Shown here: positions 1 through 9,090 of the stretch, one piece after another | Layout: every line of letters begins with the position of its first letter | Position numbering within the stretch: the stretch's first letter is position 1 | Origin: a virus | Lineage: Duplodnaviria > Caudoviricetes | Direction: 5' to 3' (one strand) | IMG/VR virus record: IMGVR_UViG_3300042465_006598 | Span: 1 to 31,321 of that record | Length of the DNA stretch: 31,321 nt | The notes under the pieces: model-generated | What the model saw: the letters and a program-made list of their open reading frames with translations, nothing else | Told to the model about the DNA's origin: nothing | Databases searched by the model: none | Translations under genes and position numbers: made by a program

Positions 1-2194
1 TATTTTGTGAATAACTATAACCAAGTAATTTGCTTTCGAAAAACCAATTGGCATATTTGATGTGCTGTTTATTTTGATCATAAATTTGTCTATAGGGTTT
101 ATATTTTGTTTTAAATGTTTCAAAACGCTTGTCAGAAAAGATTTCTTTATTGTTATCTCCAACAGCTCTCGTTTTGACAGAGTCATTAATACTTTCCAAA
201 AGATTGAAATCGTATTTTTCTCCTAGAATAATTAGATTTCTTTTTTCTCGATCTGTGAGAATATTAAATGTTTGAGCCTCTAACACTAATCGGCAACGAT
301 CTTTCTCAACAAAGTGATCTAGCAGACCAGCTTGAATTAATCCAGACATCAAGCCTACATTGACACCAGCTTGTTTTGCCGCTAAGAACACCTCATACTT
401 GTTTTCGAATGCATTCTGGCGAAACTCTAGCAATGATTCCAAAGACTTCGTAGAAACACCCTTAATCGTATTAAGACCATAACGAATATCTTCTCCCTCA
501 ATAGAAAAATCAATATGCGACTTTGTTAAGCTTGGAGGCAGAAGTTTAATTCCGAACGATGATAGTTCTTGAGAGATTTTAAGAATTTCTTCATGAGGAC
601 TTGGCTCAAACTGTGCAAACTTTAACAAACTCAAAAAGAACTGCTGTGGATAATTGAATTTGAGATAGATGGTCGTTGCTGCCAAATAAGCATAAGCCAT
701 CGAATGTGATTTATTGAAAGAATAATTTGCAGAGTCTTCAGCGACTTTCCATAGAATTTCTCCAATTACTGGATCTAAGTTATTCTCTTGAATCTTTTGA
801 GAGATCTTGTCTTTCCATTCAGCCATTTTATCGACTTTCTTCTTGCCGACAATTCGACGAAGTTGTTCTGATTCATCCAAGTTAAATCCGACCTTTACAG
901 CCATCTTCATTAGCTGCTCTTGAAACAAAGGAATGTTGCCAGTATAGGAGAGAACATCATCGAAGAATGGATGAATAGATTGAGACTCTCCAGTTCTGAC
1001 ATATTCGGTATACTTATCTAAGAAGTCTAATGCTCCAGGTCTTGCGATAGCAACTACCGCCGAAAGCTGTTCTAGATTTCGAGGAGCAACTTTTTGTGCA
1101 ACTTTAAAGTTTGTGTCTGCTTCGATTTGGAACAAACCTTTGGGAGCTTGAAGAGTTTGCAGTGCCGCATAAATAGATGGATGCTCAACATCAATATCCC
1201 GAACATTCAAACCAATTTGTTGGCAAACATCATTGACTACTGATAATGTGCGCAAGCCAAGAATATCGAATTTAACCATTAATTCTGCGACATTGTTCAT
1301 ATCATACCCCGAAACTAATGCTTCTTCTCCTGTATTCTGCACAGGCATAATCTCTTCGAGTGGATAGTAACTGATAGCGATACCAGAAGGATGCACTCCA
1401 ACATTCTTATTGAGACCCTCGATCTTTTTAGCGATGCGATAGATTCTTTTATTTTTGTTAGCAAATTCTTTGAAGACTTCGTTTTCTTCGTATGCTACGC
1501 CGAGTTTCGCCACCTTGCCGAATTTCTTAGGAATAACATCACTAATTATATTAACTTCAGATTCGGACATTTCTCCAACGATCTTACCACATTCTTTAAT
1601 GCAGAGCTTACTGCTTAAAGTATTCAAGGTGAGAATTTTAGAAGTTCTGCCAGCGTATTTTTTATTAATATAATCTAAGACTTCTTGTCGTCTATCATAA
1701 CTAATATCATTATCGACATCGCATAAGAGAGACCCGTCCAAAAACACTTCTCCATTGTGTTCAATTTTTCGCGCACGGCTTTTTGATACAAATCTTTCAA
1801 AGAATAGATCATGTTTAATGGGGTCAATATTAGTTACGCCAATGGCGTATAGAACTAAACTTCCAGGCGCAGAACCCCTTCCCGCTCCCGTAGGAATTCC
1901 TGTTTCATGACAGAAATTCATGACATCCCAATTTAATAGAACATAGTCGATAAAGCCAAGCTCTTCGAATACGGACAGCTCCATCTTGAGACGTTCAAAA
2001 TATTTTTCTTTATTTGCAAAATCGAGAATGCCTTTTTTCTTAACGCCCTCAAAGCAGATGCGACGTAAGAAATCAAAGTTAGAAATATTATTATCAATAC
2101 CCAAGCTTTGATAATGCCTCTGCTCAATTTTAATTTCAGGGAGTTTTACTCCTGCTGGGAACGGAGATGCGTAAGGTGTGAATTGTTCGATCAT
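1..2194 (-). CDS. dnaE: DNA polymerase III alpha subunit (family C), catalytic part lacking the PHP domain; 3' end runs off the left edge of the window
   Basis: Absent from the ORF track; translated by hand from ATG at 2194 (MIEQFTPYASPFPAGVKLPEIKIE...), open for 731 codons to the edge. DnaE motifs: GAGRGSAPGSLV, IDPIKHDLFFERF, CDVDNDI (two catalytic Asp), GVHPSGI, KFDILGLRTL (third Asp), LFQIE, ARPGA, FQEQLM, NYSFNKSHSMAY, IRYGLNTIKGV. Confidence 0.96.
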   Translation of the reverse strand, partial: MIEQFTPYASPFPAGVKLPEIKIEQRHYQSLGIDNNISNFDFLRRICFEGVKKKGILDFANKEKYFERLKMELSVFEELGFIDYVLLNWDVMNFCHETGIPTGAGRGSAPGSLVLYAIGVTNIDPIKHDLFFERFVSKSRARKIEHNGEVFLDGSLLCDVDNDISYDRRQEVLDYINKKYAGRTSKILTLNTLSSKLCIKECGKIVGEMSESEVNIISDVIPKKFGKVAKLGVAYEENEVFKEFANKNKRIYRIAKKIEGLNKNVGVHPSGIAISYYPLEEIMPVQNTGEEALVSGYDMNNVAELMVKFDILGLRTLSVVNDVCQQIGLNVRDIDVEHPSIYAALQTLQAPKGLFQIEADTNFKVAQKVAPRNLEQLSAVVAIARPGALDFLDKYTEYVRTGESQSIHPFFDDVLSYTGNIPLFQEQLMKMAVKVGFNLDESEQLRRIVGKKKVDKMAEWKDKISQKIQENNLDPVIGEILWKVAEDSANYSFNKSHSMAYAYLAATTIYLKFNYPQQFFLSLLKFAQFEPSPHEEILKISQELSSFGIKLLPPSLTKSHIDFSIEGEDIRYGLNTIKGVSTKSLESLLEFRQNAFENKYEVFLAAKQAGVNVGLMSGLIQAGLLDHFVEKDRCRLVLEAQTFNILTDREKRNLIILGEKYDFNLLESINDSVKTRAVGDNNKEIFSDKRFETFKTKYKPYRQIYDQNKQHIKYANWFFESKLLGYSYSQN

Positions 2195-2820
2195 AGGTCA
2201 ATATTAAAAATTTGTTTTTTGAAAATCTCAAAAGTCATTTCGACATCATAAAGACTATCGTGAAGTTTTTTTGGATCATGAGGAATGTCGTAATATTTTA
2301 GCATAAATGCTTGGCTAGTCTTTAATCCTTTTTCACGGATATGCAACATCTTATACTGCCAAGACAAGAAATTTTCTTTATCGGGTAAGATGTTCTTAAA
2401 GATAGCTGTTGATATTGATTTGGTGTCGATAATTCTATTAACGTAAGAATAATCGCTTTTCATTTCCATCAGCTTACGCCAAACATTGATCATATATACA
2501 TCGAAGCCCAGCAAATTTTGACCAATCAATAAAAATGATGGATCATAAAGATACTTAGAAAGCTTTTTGAAAACCTCCATTGGGTCTTCCGCTCTGGAGT
2601 AATAATAGTCTTTATCAAAACCAGTAATTCTTGCAGCATCAGCGGAAACATTAATATTATCCCAGCGAATAAAGTGATCATGCTTTGAGATTATATTATG
2701 ACCTCGACAAACGACCCATGAAACCTGCCAAGGTTTAGAAGATGTTAGATTCAATCCCTCCGTTTCGGTGTCTACACAGATATAACTCTGATCTTTTTTA
2801 AATCTTAGTAAGTCGTTCAT
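2191..2820 (-). CDS. dnaQ: DEDDh 3'-5' exonuclease (DnaQ/epsilon-like proofreading subunit)
   Basis: ExoI VDTETEG, ExoII GQNLLGFD, ExoIII LHDSLYDV; ATGA overlaps with both neighbours. Confidence 0.9.
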   Translation of the reverse strand: MNDLLRFKKDQSYICVDTETEGLNLTSSKPWQVSWVVCRGHNIISKHDHFIRWDNINVSADAARITGFDKDYYYSRAEDPMEVFKKLSKYLYDPSFLLIGQNLLGFDVYMINVWRKLMEMKSDYSYVNRIIDTKSISTAIFKNILPDKENFLSWQYKMLHIREKGLKTSQAFMLKYYDIPHDPKKLHDSLYDVEMTFEIFKKQIFNIDL

Positions 2821-3584
2821 TGTTGGTTAAGAGTTGTTTCGAGTTTATGGTTGTAGGCTTCCCAGCAAAATTCATCGCTGCCAAAATGATTTAAATTGGG
2901 GCAAGAAAGAGTAGCTTGTCTTCCAAATTTACGATCACTGAGAATCTTATATGTTTGGAATGCATCGCAATCAGATTTATACTTATAAAAAATAGACTGC
3001 ACAAATTGAGTAGAATAATTTGGCGTTCTTTGAGATACGTAGTGGGCAATAGCTTCTTTTAGTAGATGATCGAATGGCAATCCATTGTCTTCGACAAAGA
3101 ATACTGGGTTAAGTCCACCAATATTAGGAATGCAGTGACCCATAATCATTTGATTATTAAAGATAAATGAATCATAGAAGGGAACTGCCAACATCAAATC
3201 ATCGCTCCATTTAGCTATCAAGTCGTCATTAGAAATCGCTTTATTTTGACTTGTATTGATAAATGAATAAAGCTTGTTCAGAGCTTTGCATCCATTATCA
3301 TTTTTTGCAAATGCGATCAGCTTATGATTAGATTTTTCATTACCATCAGAATTGCAGCATACAAATTTATAGCCAAAGTGCAAATCAATACCCATCTCTT
3401 TTGAGATTCTAAAAGCCTCAAAGAAGCCAGTCATTGATTCTTCAACTAAGAACAGATGTTTAAGACCATTTTCTTTGGCAATTGAAAAGATACTGTCAGA
3501 ACCATCCGATGTTTCTTTATCGGGATGGTTTAGTGTTAAAATACTCTTCCCTATTGAGAAGTGAGAGGTAAATATGGGAATCAT
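2817..3584 (-). CDS. Stand-alone, degenerate PHP domain of DNA polymerase III alpha
   Basis: FTSHFSIGKSILT resembles the DnaE HxHS/TxYSLLDG start. AKENGLKHLFLVEES, HKLIAFAKNDNGCKALNKLYS and QSIFYKYKSDCDAF align with PHP segments (HLxLLAKNxxGYxNLxxLxS, NDxHY). ATG at 3584 is preferred over the TTG at 3587 because of promoter geometry. Confidence 0.85.
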   Translation of the reverse strand: MIPIFTSHFSIGKSILTLNHPDKETSDGSDSIFSIAKENGLKHLFLVEESMTGFFEAFRISKEMGIDLHFGYKFVCCNSDGNEKSNHKLIAFAKNDNGCKALNKLYSFINTSQNKAISNDDLIAKWSDDLMLAVPFYDSFIFNNQMIMGHCIPNIGGLNPVFFVEDNGLPFDHLLKEAIAHYVSQRTPNYSTQFVQSIFYKYKSDCDAFQTYKILSDRKFGRQATLSCPNLNHFGSDEFCWEAYNHKLETTLNQQ

Positions 3585-3620
3585 CAAAAAGAGAATAACG
3601 TAGTTCCTCTATGATGTCAA
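3585..3620 (-). promoter_or_regulatory. Sigma70-type promoter, predicted leaderless transcript of the polymerase operon
   Basis: TTGACA (3620-3615)-N17-TATTCT-N7-ATG(3584). Confidence 0.75.
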
Positions 3621-4633
3621 GACTTTTTTTGGTATGCAGGACAACCATCATACCTACGCTTTTCATATTTTTGACCTTCTGGTACTTCTGATTCATTAAA
3701 ATACGATTTTAATTGTTTTCCATTTTCATCAATAGCGGCAAAATAATCGAAAGCCCACTTGCAAGAACATGCCCACATAGGAGTTCCATCAATTTTTAAT
3801 TGACCCTCATATTTTGCAAAGCCACATTGTAGTGGTCCACTGAATGTTTTATCTTTAGGAAAAGGTTGTTTTGAAGCGAAGTTAGAATAAGCATCCTCTT
3901 TAGAAAAGTTATCGAGATATTCTTGAATAGCTGTTAGTTGATATTCAAATCCTTCCAAATCGTCATCATCAATCGTAGCCATTTTAATAATGCCAGAATT
4001 TTTTGAATCATCTAAGTCGAACTTGAGAAACAGGAATTCACTTTGTCTGTTAGAATACTCAGGAAATAAATGTTTTACGGCAAGACTATACATGTAATCT
4101 TGCAGATTGTCTTTAACGTCTTTTCCTTTAAATGTTTCACGGCTGGTTTTGAAGTCGCGAATTAGAGCAAACTTTTGTTTCTTATATAAGAATAGCTTAT
4201 CAATAAAGCCTTTGATTTTATATTTGAATTTGCCGTCATTAACAACAATTTCGAAGTCTTGTTCTGAAACAGAAAGTGAAGGTTTTCCTTTCGATAGACC
4301 AAAGAAATCATACATCAAACCATTGAGTATCATTTTTTTAATCAGCTCAATATTATCATCATCATCTACGCCCAATCTTTTAGCATGTTTAAAGATCAGT
4401 TTTTGGATAGATTTTACCGCAAAAACATCTTGAGTTTTAATGATTTTATTGTAGGTTTTTTTCCTACGAGTATCACCGAGAACTTCAAATATTAAGTGAC
4501 AGACTGTGCCGCGAGAACTACCGTCATTACCCTTATCGGGAATACCGAGAACATATTTAGCATAATACATCCAACTACAAGACTGCAACGTCTTGATTCT
4601 ACTGGCAGATAACGAATTTTTTAGATCACTCAT
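3617..4633 (-). CDS. PD-(D/E)XK exonuclease, Cas4/RecB/AddB-like
   Basis: LSASRIKTLQSC, RGTVCHLIFE, SEQDF, KGFIDKL...IRDFKTS, LQDYMYSLA; N-terminal Cys plus C-terminal Cys cluster (QCG, CSC, GCP). Confidence 0.88.
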   Translation of the reverse strand: MSDLKNSLSASRIKTLQSCSWMYYAKYVLGIPDKGNDGSSRGTVCHLIFEVLGDTRRKKTYNKIIKTQDVFAVKSIQKLIFKHAKRLGVDDDDNIELIKKMILNGLMYDFFGLSKGKPSLSVSEQDFEIVVNDGKFKYKIKGFIDKLFLYKKQKFALIRDFKTSRETFKGKDVKDNLQDYMYSLAVKHLFPEYSNRQSEFLFLKFDLDDSKNSGIIKMATIDDDDLEGFEYQLTAIQEYLDNFSKEDAYSNFASKQPFPKDKTFSGPLQCGFAKYEGQLKIDGTPMWACSCKWAFDYFAAIDENGKQLKSYFNESEVPEGQKYEKRRYDGCPAYQKKS

Positions 4634-5700
4634 ATAGATTTTAATACTTTTCTTAGCATAGACAGATCTTTTTCTTTAAATTTCTGTTTGTTGGCGGCTA
4701 CAAAAGTAATCAATTCCTTAATGAATTGAGAACGGTCTACAGGGGTATTGTACCATTTTTTTAGATCAACTCCAGAAGTAAATGCATCAGAGAAGTCGTT
4801 ATGAGATTCTGGCGGAAGATTAATCTCAATGCAGTTGAAATCAAAATACGGAAGAAGATTCAACAGCGTTTTGACACACCCAAGATATCCATGATTCTCA
4901 CCATCCAAATCATTATTGCCAGCGATAACAATTCTCTTTACTGGAAAAGAGCTAAGATACGATAACATGATAGATGGGCATCCTAATCCAAAAGATACCA
5001 ATGTATTCTTAACTCCAGATTCAAAAAGAGCCATACTATCTCCGACGCTTTCCACAATTACTACTTCGCTAGTTTTGCGAATAATAGAATCAACTGTTTC
5101 TTCAGCAGGTATATATGCTGGGTAAATCCAATTCTTTCTTTTACCGATGTGTTTCCATTTTGGGATCTTGTCGTTTTGACAATCAATTTTTCTTCCACTG
5201 AATCCAATGATTTGATGATGTTCATTATAAATTGGAAATACCATTCGACGATACATCTTGCCAGACTGTGCTAATCCAGTTTTATAAAAATTTAAAGTAT
5301 CATCTGACAAGCCTTTCTTTTTATAAAAAGAAAAGTTCGGGAACAGATTGTTCAGCATTGATTCGGGATAGATTGCGTCCATTTCGATTGTTTGTTTTGT
5401 AGTATATACGTATTCTTCGGATTTGTTAATTGACGAAAGGATTTTTTTAATAGCTCGCGGATCAGAGCCGCAAGTCAGCTTGATTAATCTTTCAAATGGA
5501 AACTTTTGACTGCCTTGTGCGAAATCTGTCCATACTCCACTATTTTTATAAACACAAATAGCAGTATCATTGTCGCCGCCTCGATATAAAGCTTTTGTAC
5601 GCCAATGATTGCCACAATCAATTAAGCGATACCCTATTTTTTCAAGGGTAGGCTTAATATGGCTAGGATCAATTGAAGTTTGGTAAGTCATCTGATTCAT
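4630..5700 (-). CDS. dnaG: DnaG-like DNA primase (Toprim), divergent
   Basis: RRMVFPIYNEHHQIIGFSGRKI (DnaG catalytic core), VVIVESVGDSMAL (Toprim Glu), IVIAGNND, LPPESHNDFSD; adjacent to DnaB. Start may be 5691. Confidence 0.85.
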   Translation of the reverse strand: MNQMTYQTSIDPSHIKPTLEKIGYRLIDCGNHWRTKALYRGGDNDTAICVYKNSGVWTDFAQGSQKFPFERLIKLTCGSDPRAIKKILSSINKSEEYVYTTKQTIEMDAIYPESMLNNLFPNFSFYKKKGLSDDTLNFYKTGLAQSGKMYRRMVFPIYNEHHQIIGFSGRKIDCQNDKIPKWKHIGKRKNWIYPAYIPAEETVDSIIRKTSEVVIVESVGDSMALFESGVKNTLVSFGLGCPSIMLSYLSSFPVKRIVIAGNNDLDGENHGYLGCVKTLLNLLPYFDFNCIEINLPPESHNDFSDAFTSGVDLKKWYNTPVDRSQFIKELITFVAANKQKFKEKDLSMLRKVLKSI

Positions 5701-7177
5701 TGCCTTCTAGATCTCCGCCACCTTCTGTCATACGAGCGATATCACGGAGATCTCCTTTTTCTGTAATACAGAAATTATGGAACTCAAGATTGATAAAGTT
5801 TTTACGCAGTGTATCTCCAATTCTAACAGGCTCTACAGCACCAGCGATATCTTTACCAAGATGTCGAGCTTTTACATTGATGATCTTATGAGTGCCGAAG
5901 TTACGACCCTCAGTTTCAATTTCATCAGCAGTTTTATTACGAAGAATAAACATGTGCGAGCAGAACTGAGTGATTCGGTCTGATAGAGATACAATGCTCT
6001 CATCATCAACAATATTTTGTGATTGACGATTATTCGTAATACCGCTCCTATTTGACTGGACGGATGTAATCATAGGAATAATAGGATCACCTTCATGAAG
6101 AATTTCTTTTTGAATACACTTCTTGAATTTATCTACCATTTCGCCGACAACTTGCCATTCATTCTTGCCACCGCTAGCTTCGGAAGTCGTTTTAATATAG
6201 TCAAATGAGAAAATCATTTGATTGCCGCGACCAACTTTTGCATAATAAAATCGCTTGAGAACTTTAATCATTGCATCTACATCCATGCCGCCGACATTAT
6301 AATAATAGAATTTGAGATCTTTTACTTTCGCCCAAGTAGAGCGAACCTTATCTACGACTTCCGATCCAGCCTTTCTCCAGTTGCCTGTCTCAAGCAAATG
6401 CATTGGAACTCCTGAGATTGCTGCACATTGACGCATAATAAGTTCTTCTTTGCTCATCTCGCCATTATCAAAATGTAGAACTGGAACATTATATTTCATG
6501 GATACTTTTGTAGAGTAATCCATGCACCATTGAGTCTTTCCTACTCCAGACCTAGCTACAATAACAGTTATATTTCCAGGTCTTAGAAGTGATCCATATA
6601 TCTCATTGATTTTTTCATGAGGACCCATCATTCCAAATTCAGTAATCGGATTGTTGCCACGCTCTTCAATAAGAGCTTCCATGTCTTCGTAGATATTTTC
6701 TGGCGTATCATTGCCTATCTCGTATAAATTAATACGAGAGTTGTAAGAGCTATCTGCTGCCCCAATAATTTGGCTATAGCTTGATTCTGGAGCGATAGAC
6801 TTCATCTTACGCGCAATCTCTTGCGCAGATTCATATAGCTCTCTACGAATAGTAAACTTCTTGAGTTCCTTGGCTGTTTTGATTAAATTGCCATGCGGAA
6901 CTTTGCGCATAGCTAGAGAGCGAATATAATCAGCTGGATTCAGACGATCCTCAAATGACAAGCCAAGAGAAGATACTCGCTGAGCTACAATGACCTCGTC
7001 AATTTGATCACTAGCATCAATCGCTTGCTTAACAACAGTAAAGATGGAACTGTGGAGTCCAGAATCTTCACTGTAAAAGTCCTTATGGCTAATAAAGTTT
7101 GAAATTTCGCAATAGCTTTCAGGCTCTTTGATTAGAGCGGCTAAAAGTTGTTTTTCTAGTTCTAAGTTATAGATCAT
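5669..7177 (-). CDS. dnaB: Replicative DNA helicase (DnaB family)
   Basis: N-terminal NLELEKQLLAALI...DFY, Walker A VARSGVGKT, GEMSKEELIMR, Walker B FSFDYIK, SVQSNR, KARH arginine-finger region. Confidence 0.93.
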   Translation of the reverse strand: MIYNLELEKQLLAALIKEPESYCEISNFISHKDFYSEDSGLHSSIFTVVKQAIDASDQIDEVIVAQRVSSLGLSFEDRLNPADYIRSLAMRKVPHGNLIKTAKELKKFTIRRELYESAQEIARKMKSIAPESSYSQIIGAADSSYNSRINLYEIGNDTPENIYEDMEALIEERGNNPITEFGMMGPHEKINEIYGSLLRPGNITVIVARSGVGKTQWCMDYSTKVSMKYNVPVLHFDNGEMSKEELIMRQCAAISGVPMHLLETGNWRKAGSEVVDKVRSTWAKVKDLKFYYYNVGGMDVDAMIKVLKRFYYAKVGRGNQMIFSFDYIKTTSEASGGKNEWQVVGEMVDKFKKCIQKEILHEGDPIIPMITSVQSNRSGITNNRQSQNIVDDESIVSLSDRITQFCSHMFILRNKTADEIETEGRNFGTHKIINVKARHLGKDIAGAVEPVRIGDTLRKNFINLEFHNFCITEKGDLRDIARMTEGGGDLEGNESDDLPNFN

Positions 7178-7213
7178 GTGGATTTACATTAACGTATTGA
7201 TAAACTTTGTCAA
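7178..7213 (-). promoter_or_regulatory. Sigma70-type promoter, predicted leaderless dnaB transcript
   Basis: TTGACA (7213-7208)-N16-TAATGT-N8-ATG(7177); fills the 36-bp intergenic gap exactly. Confidence 0.75.
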
Positions 7214-7621
7214 TCACAAAATCACGCCAAATGATAAAAAAAGCTCTTCATTAATTTTATCTTTGGGATATATTTCGACAAGTGTGATTTCGTTCGCTTC
7301 ACAGAATTTTAATTTCTTTTCATCTCTTTTTAATTGTTGCAGATATTTAAAGCGACTGCCGTGAAAGAACTCAACGTATTTTGTGTGCTGACCGCCTTGG
7401 ACTTCTATCGCAATTTTTTTATTAGCGTTATAAAAATCAAAAGAAAGCAGTGTATTGACAAGCCTAAATTCTTCAAATACGATATCATTCTTCCAATAAG
7501 GATGAAGAAAATCTTTTACTGAAAGTTGGAACTTGCTACGGCTCTTGCCTTTCCATTTGATTAAATATTTTTTAGCGTTTTTGAGTTCAGCTGTAGAACC
7601 ATTGATGGTTTTAAACTTCAT
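7214..7621 (-). CDS. Vsr/DUF559-like restriction-endonuclease-fold nuclease
   Basis: FEEFRL...FDFYNANKKIAIEVQGGQH...KRDEKKLKFCEANEITLVEI pattern. Confidence 0.75.
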   Translation of the reverse strand: MKFKTINGSTAELKNAKKYLIKWKGKSRSKFQLSVKDFLHPYWKNDIVFEEFRLVNTLLSFDFYNANKKIAIEVQGGQHTKYVEFFHGSRFKYLQQLKRDEKKLKFCEANEITLVEIYPKDKINEELFLSFGVIL

Positions 7622-8753
7622 CGCAAATTGCTTTTTTGAAGTAAGTAATTAAAAATTTGCTGAGTAATTGATCTTGTTCTATTTTACTAAATACCGAATC
7701 TAGTCCTTGTACTTTGCCGAAAGCTGGAAGGGAATTTTCCGAAAGTAATTCTTCAAATTCTTCAGTCGCAGTATACCAAGATCCCCCTTTAGTAACAAAC
7801 TCCCACAAAAGAAGAAGATCAACAATTTCTTTTTCAATCCATATGGAATTACCATTCGTACGACCATATTTAATTGGATAAGAAATGGTTAAGTTAGTTT
7901 TTTCATTTGGTGATTTCTTAACAGTAACCTTCGCGAAGTGTCCGATAATTGGATTAGTTACAGCGTCGATCTGTTTTTCAGATGGATTTTTAAGAATTAA
8001 ATCTCCCTTATATCTAGGCTCAAATTCAAGAATCCAGTTCGCAAAATGCAGGAGAGCGTTACCGCCAGTTGCAGTTGTTTGGCGCACTGGAGCTTTAGAG
8101 TATGGATCTAGTTTAATATCCGCTCGAACTTGACTGACAAATACTGCCATATGCCCCCTCTTTGCTAGAGCAATAGATAGTCGCTTCATAAAGTTAGCTG
8201 CAATAACAGCGCCGCCAGCGACTTTATTAGAATCTTCAAAGTCTTTATCAAGATCTCCTTTTGTGATTAGTCCATCGACAGAATCAAGTAGGAAATAATA
8301 ACGATTCTCTTCCTCGTTTTTTGTGACGAGTTCACGCATCCCTTGAACAACAGTTTCGTAGATATTACTTTCGAACACAAAACATGTGCCAGCTTCCCAC
8401 TCTTCAGAATTAAAAACGAATTTGATACCAGATCTTTCCCGCATTTCTTTGGAAAGGCGACCTTCAGCTTTGATATAGAAACCCTTAGAATTGGGAACGG
8501 TTTCTAGAAAACTCTTCATAAATGATAGAGCAGCGGAAGTTTTTCCACCCTCATTCATTCCGCAAAATCTATGTAGACCTGGCGTAAGACCACCTCCAAG
8601 TCTCAGATCTAGCTGCAAAGAGCCGCTTGAAACTTTATAATCAATTTCTTCTTCGAAGTTATAATGATCTTCTGAGTTTTGTTTTAAGAACGAACCCAGA
8701 ACCGCACTCGACTTCAACACTTCCCTATTTTTTTCTTGTTTAATTTTAGCCAT
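7611..8753 (-). CDS. recA: RecA/UvsX-family recombinase
   Basis: VSSGSLQLDLRLGGG, Walker A GMNEGGKTS, FLLDSVDGL, VFVSQVR, TTATGGNALLHFA, KGGSWY. Confidence 0.92.
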   Translation of the reverse strand: MAKIKQEKNREVLKSSAVLGSFLKQNSEDHYNFEEEIDYKVSSGSLQLDLRLGGGLTPGLHRFCGMNEGGKTSAALSFMKSFLETVPNSKGFYIKAEGRLSKEMRERSGIKFVFNSEEWEAGTCFVFESNIYETVVQGMRELVTKNEEENRYYFLLDSVDGLITKGDLDKDFEDSNKVAGGAVIAANFMKRLSIALAKRGHMAVFVSQVRADIKLDPYSKAPVRQTTATGGNALLHFANWILEFEPRYKGDLILKNPSEKQIDAVTNPIIGHFAKVTVKKSPNEKTNLTISYPIKYGRTNGNSIWIEKEIVDLLLLWEFVTKGGSWYTATEEFEELLSENSLPAFGKVQGLDSVFSKIEQDQLLSKFLITYFKKAICDEV

Positions 8754-9090
8754 CTAAAAAATTCTTTAATGATTTAATTTTCTTTTCTACCTCGACATCC
8801 TTGCCGACCTTTTCACCTATATCGTAATCTATATACTTAGACAAGTCAACTTTAAAATTGAATGCACGAAACTTTTTATCTAAAGTCTCCTTTAGTTTAT
8901 CACAAACTAGATAAGCCAACGAATCAAACTTCTTATCAAAAGAAGCTTCATTCATAAATTCAACTGAATAACGATCACAAAGATCGTTGAGCATCTTCAT
9001 TTCTCGCATATAAAACAAACGCTTATCCTTTGCTGGGACAAGCGTGAGTCTTGCGAGTATATGCTTTTTGTTGATCTTACTCTTCGCCAT
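8746..9090 (-). CDS. Hypothetical protein, first gene of the recA operon
   Basis: 114-aa ORF overlapping both neighbours and with its own promoter; no recognisable motif. Confidence 0.75.
   Translation of the reverse strand: MAKSKINKKHILARLTLVPAKDKRLFYMREMKMLNDLCDRYSVEFMNEASFDKKFDSLAYLVCDKLKETLDKKFRAFNFKVDLSKYIDYDIGEKVGKDVEVEKKIKSLKNFLDG

Noticed and set aside
1391-2127. Short track ORFs at 1391, 1455 and 1933
   Set aside because: Antisense or out-of-frame shadows of dnaE, which the track missed because it is truncated by the window edge.
2191-2830. Programmed -1 frameshifting fusing PHP, exonuclease and DnaE (an A/T run precedes the exonuclease stop)
   Set aside because: In both downstream frames a stop lies 2-3 codons before the ATG (TGA CCT ATG; TAA CCA ACA ATG), so upstream slippage cannot yield a fusion.
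1-3584. Split intein joining the polymerase fragments
   Set aside because: No intein N-terminal Cys block or C-terminal HN motif at the fragment ends; the intervening gene is a DEDDh exonuclease, not a homing endonuclease.
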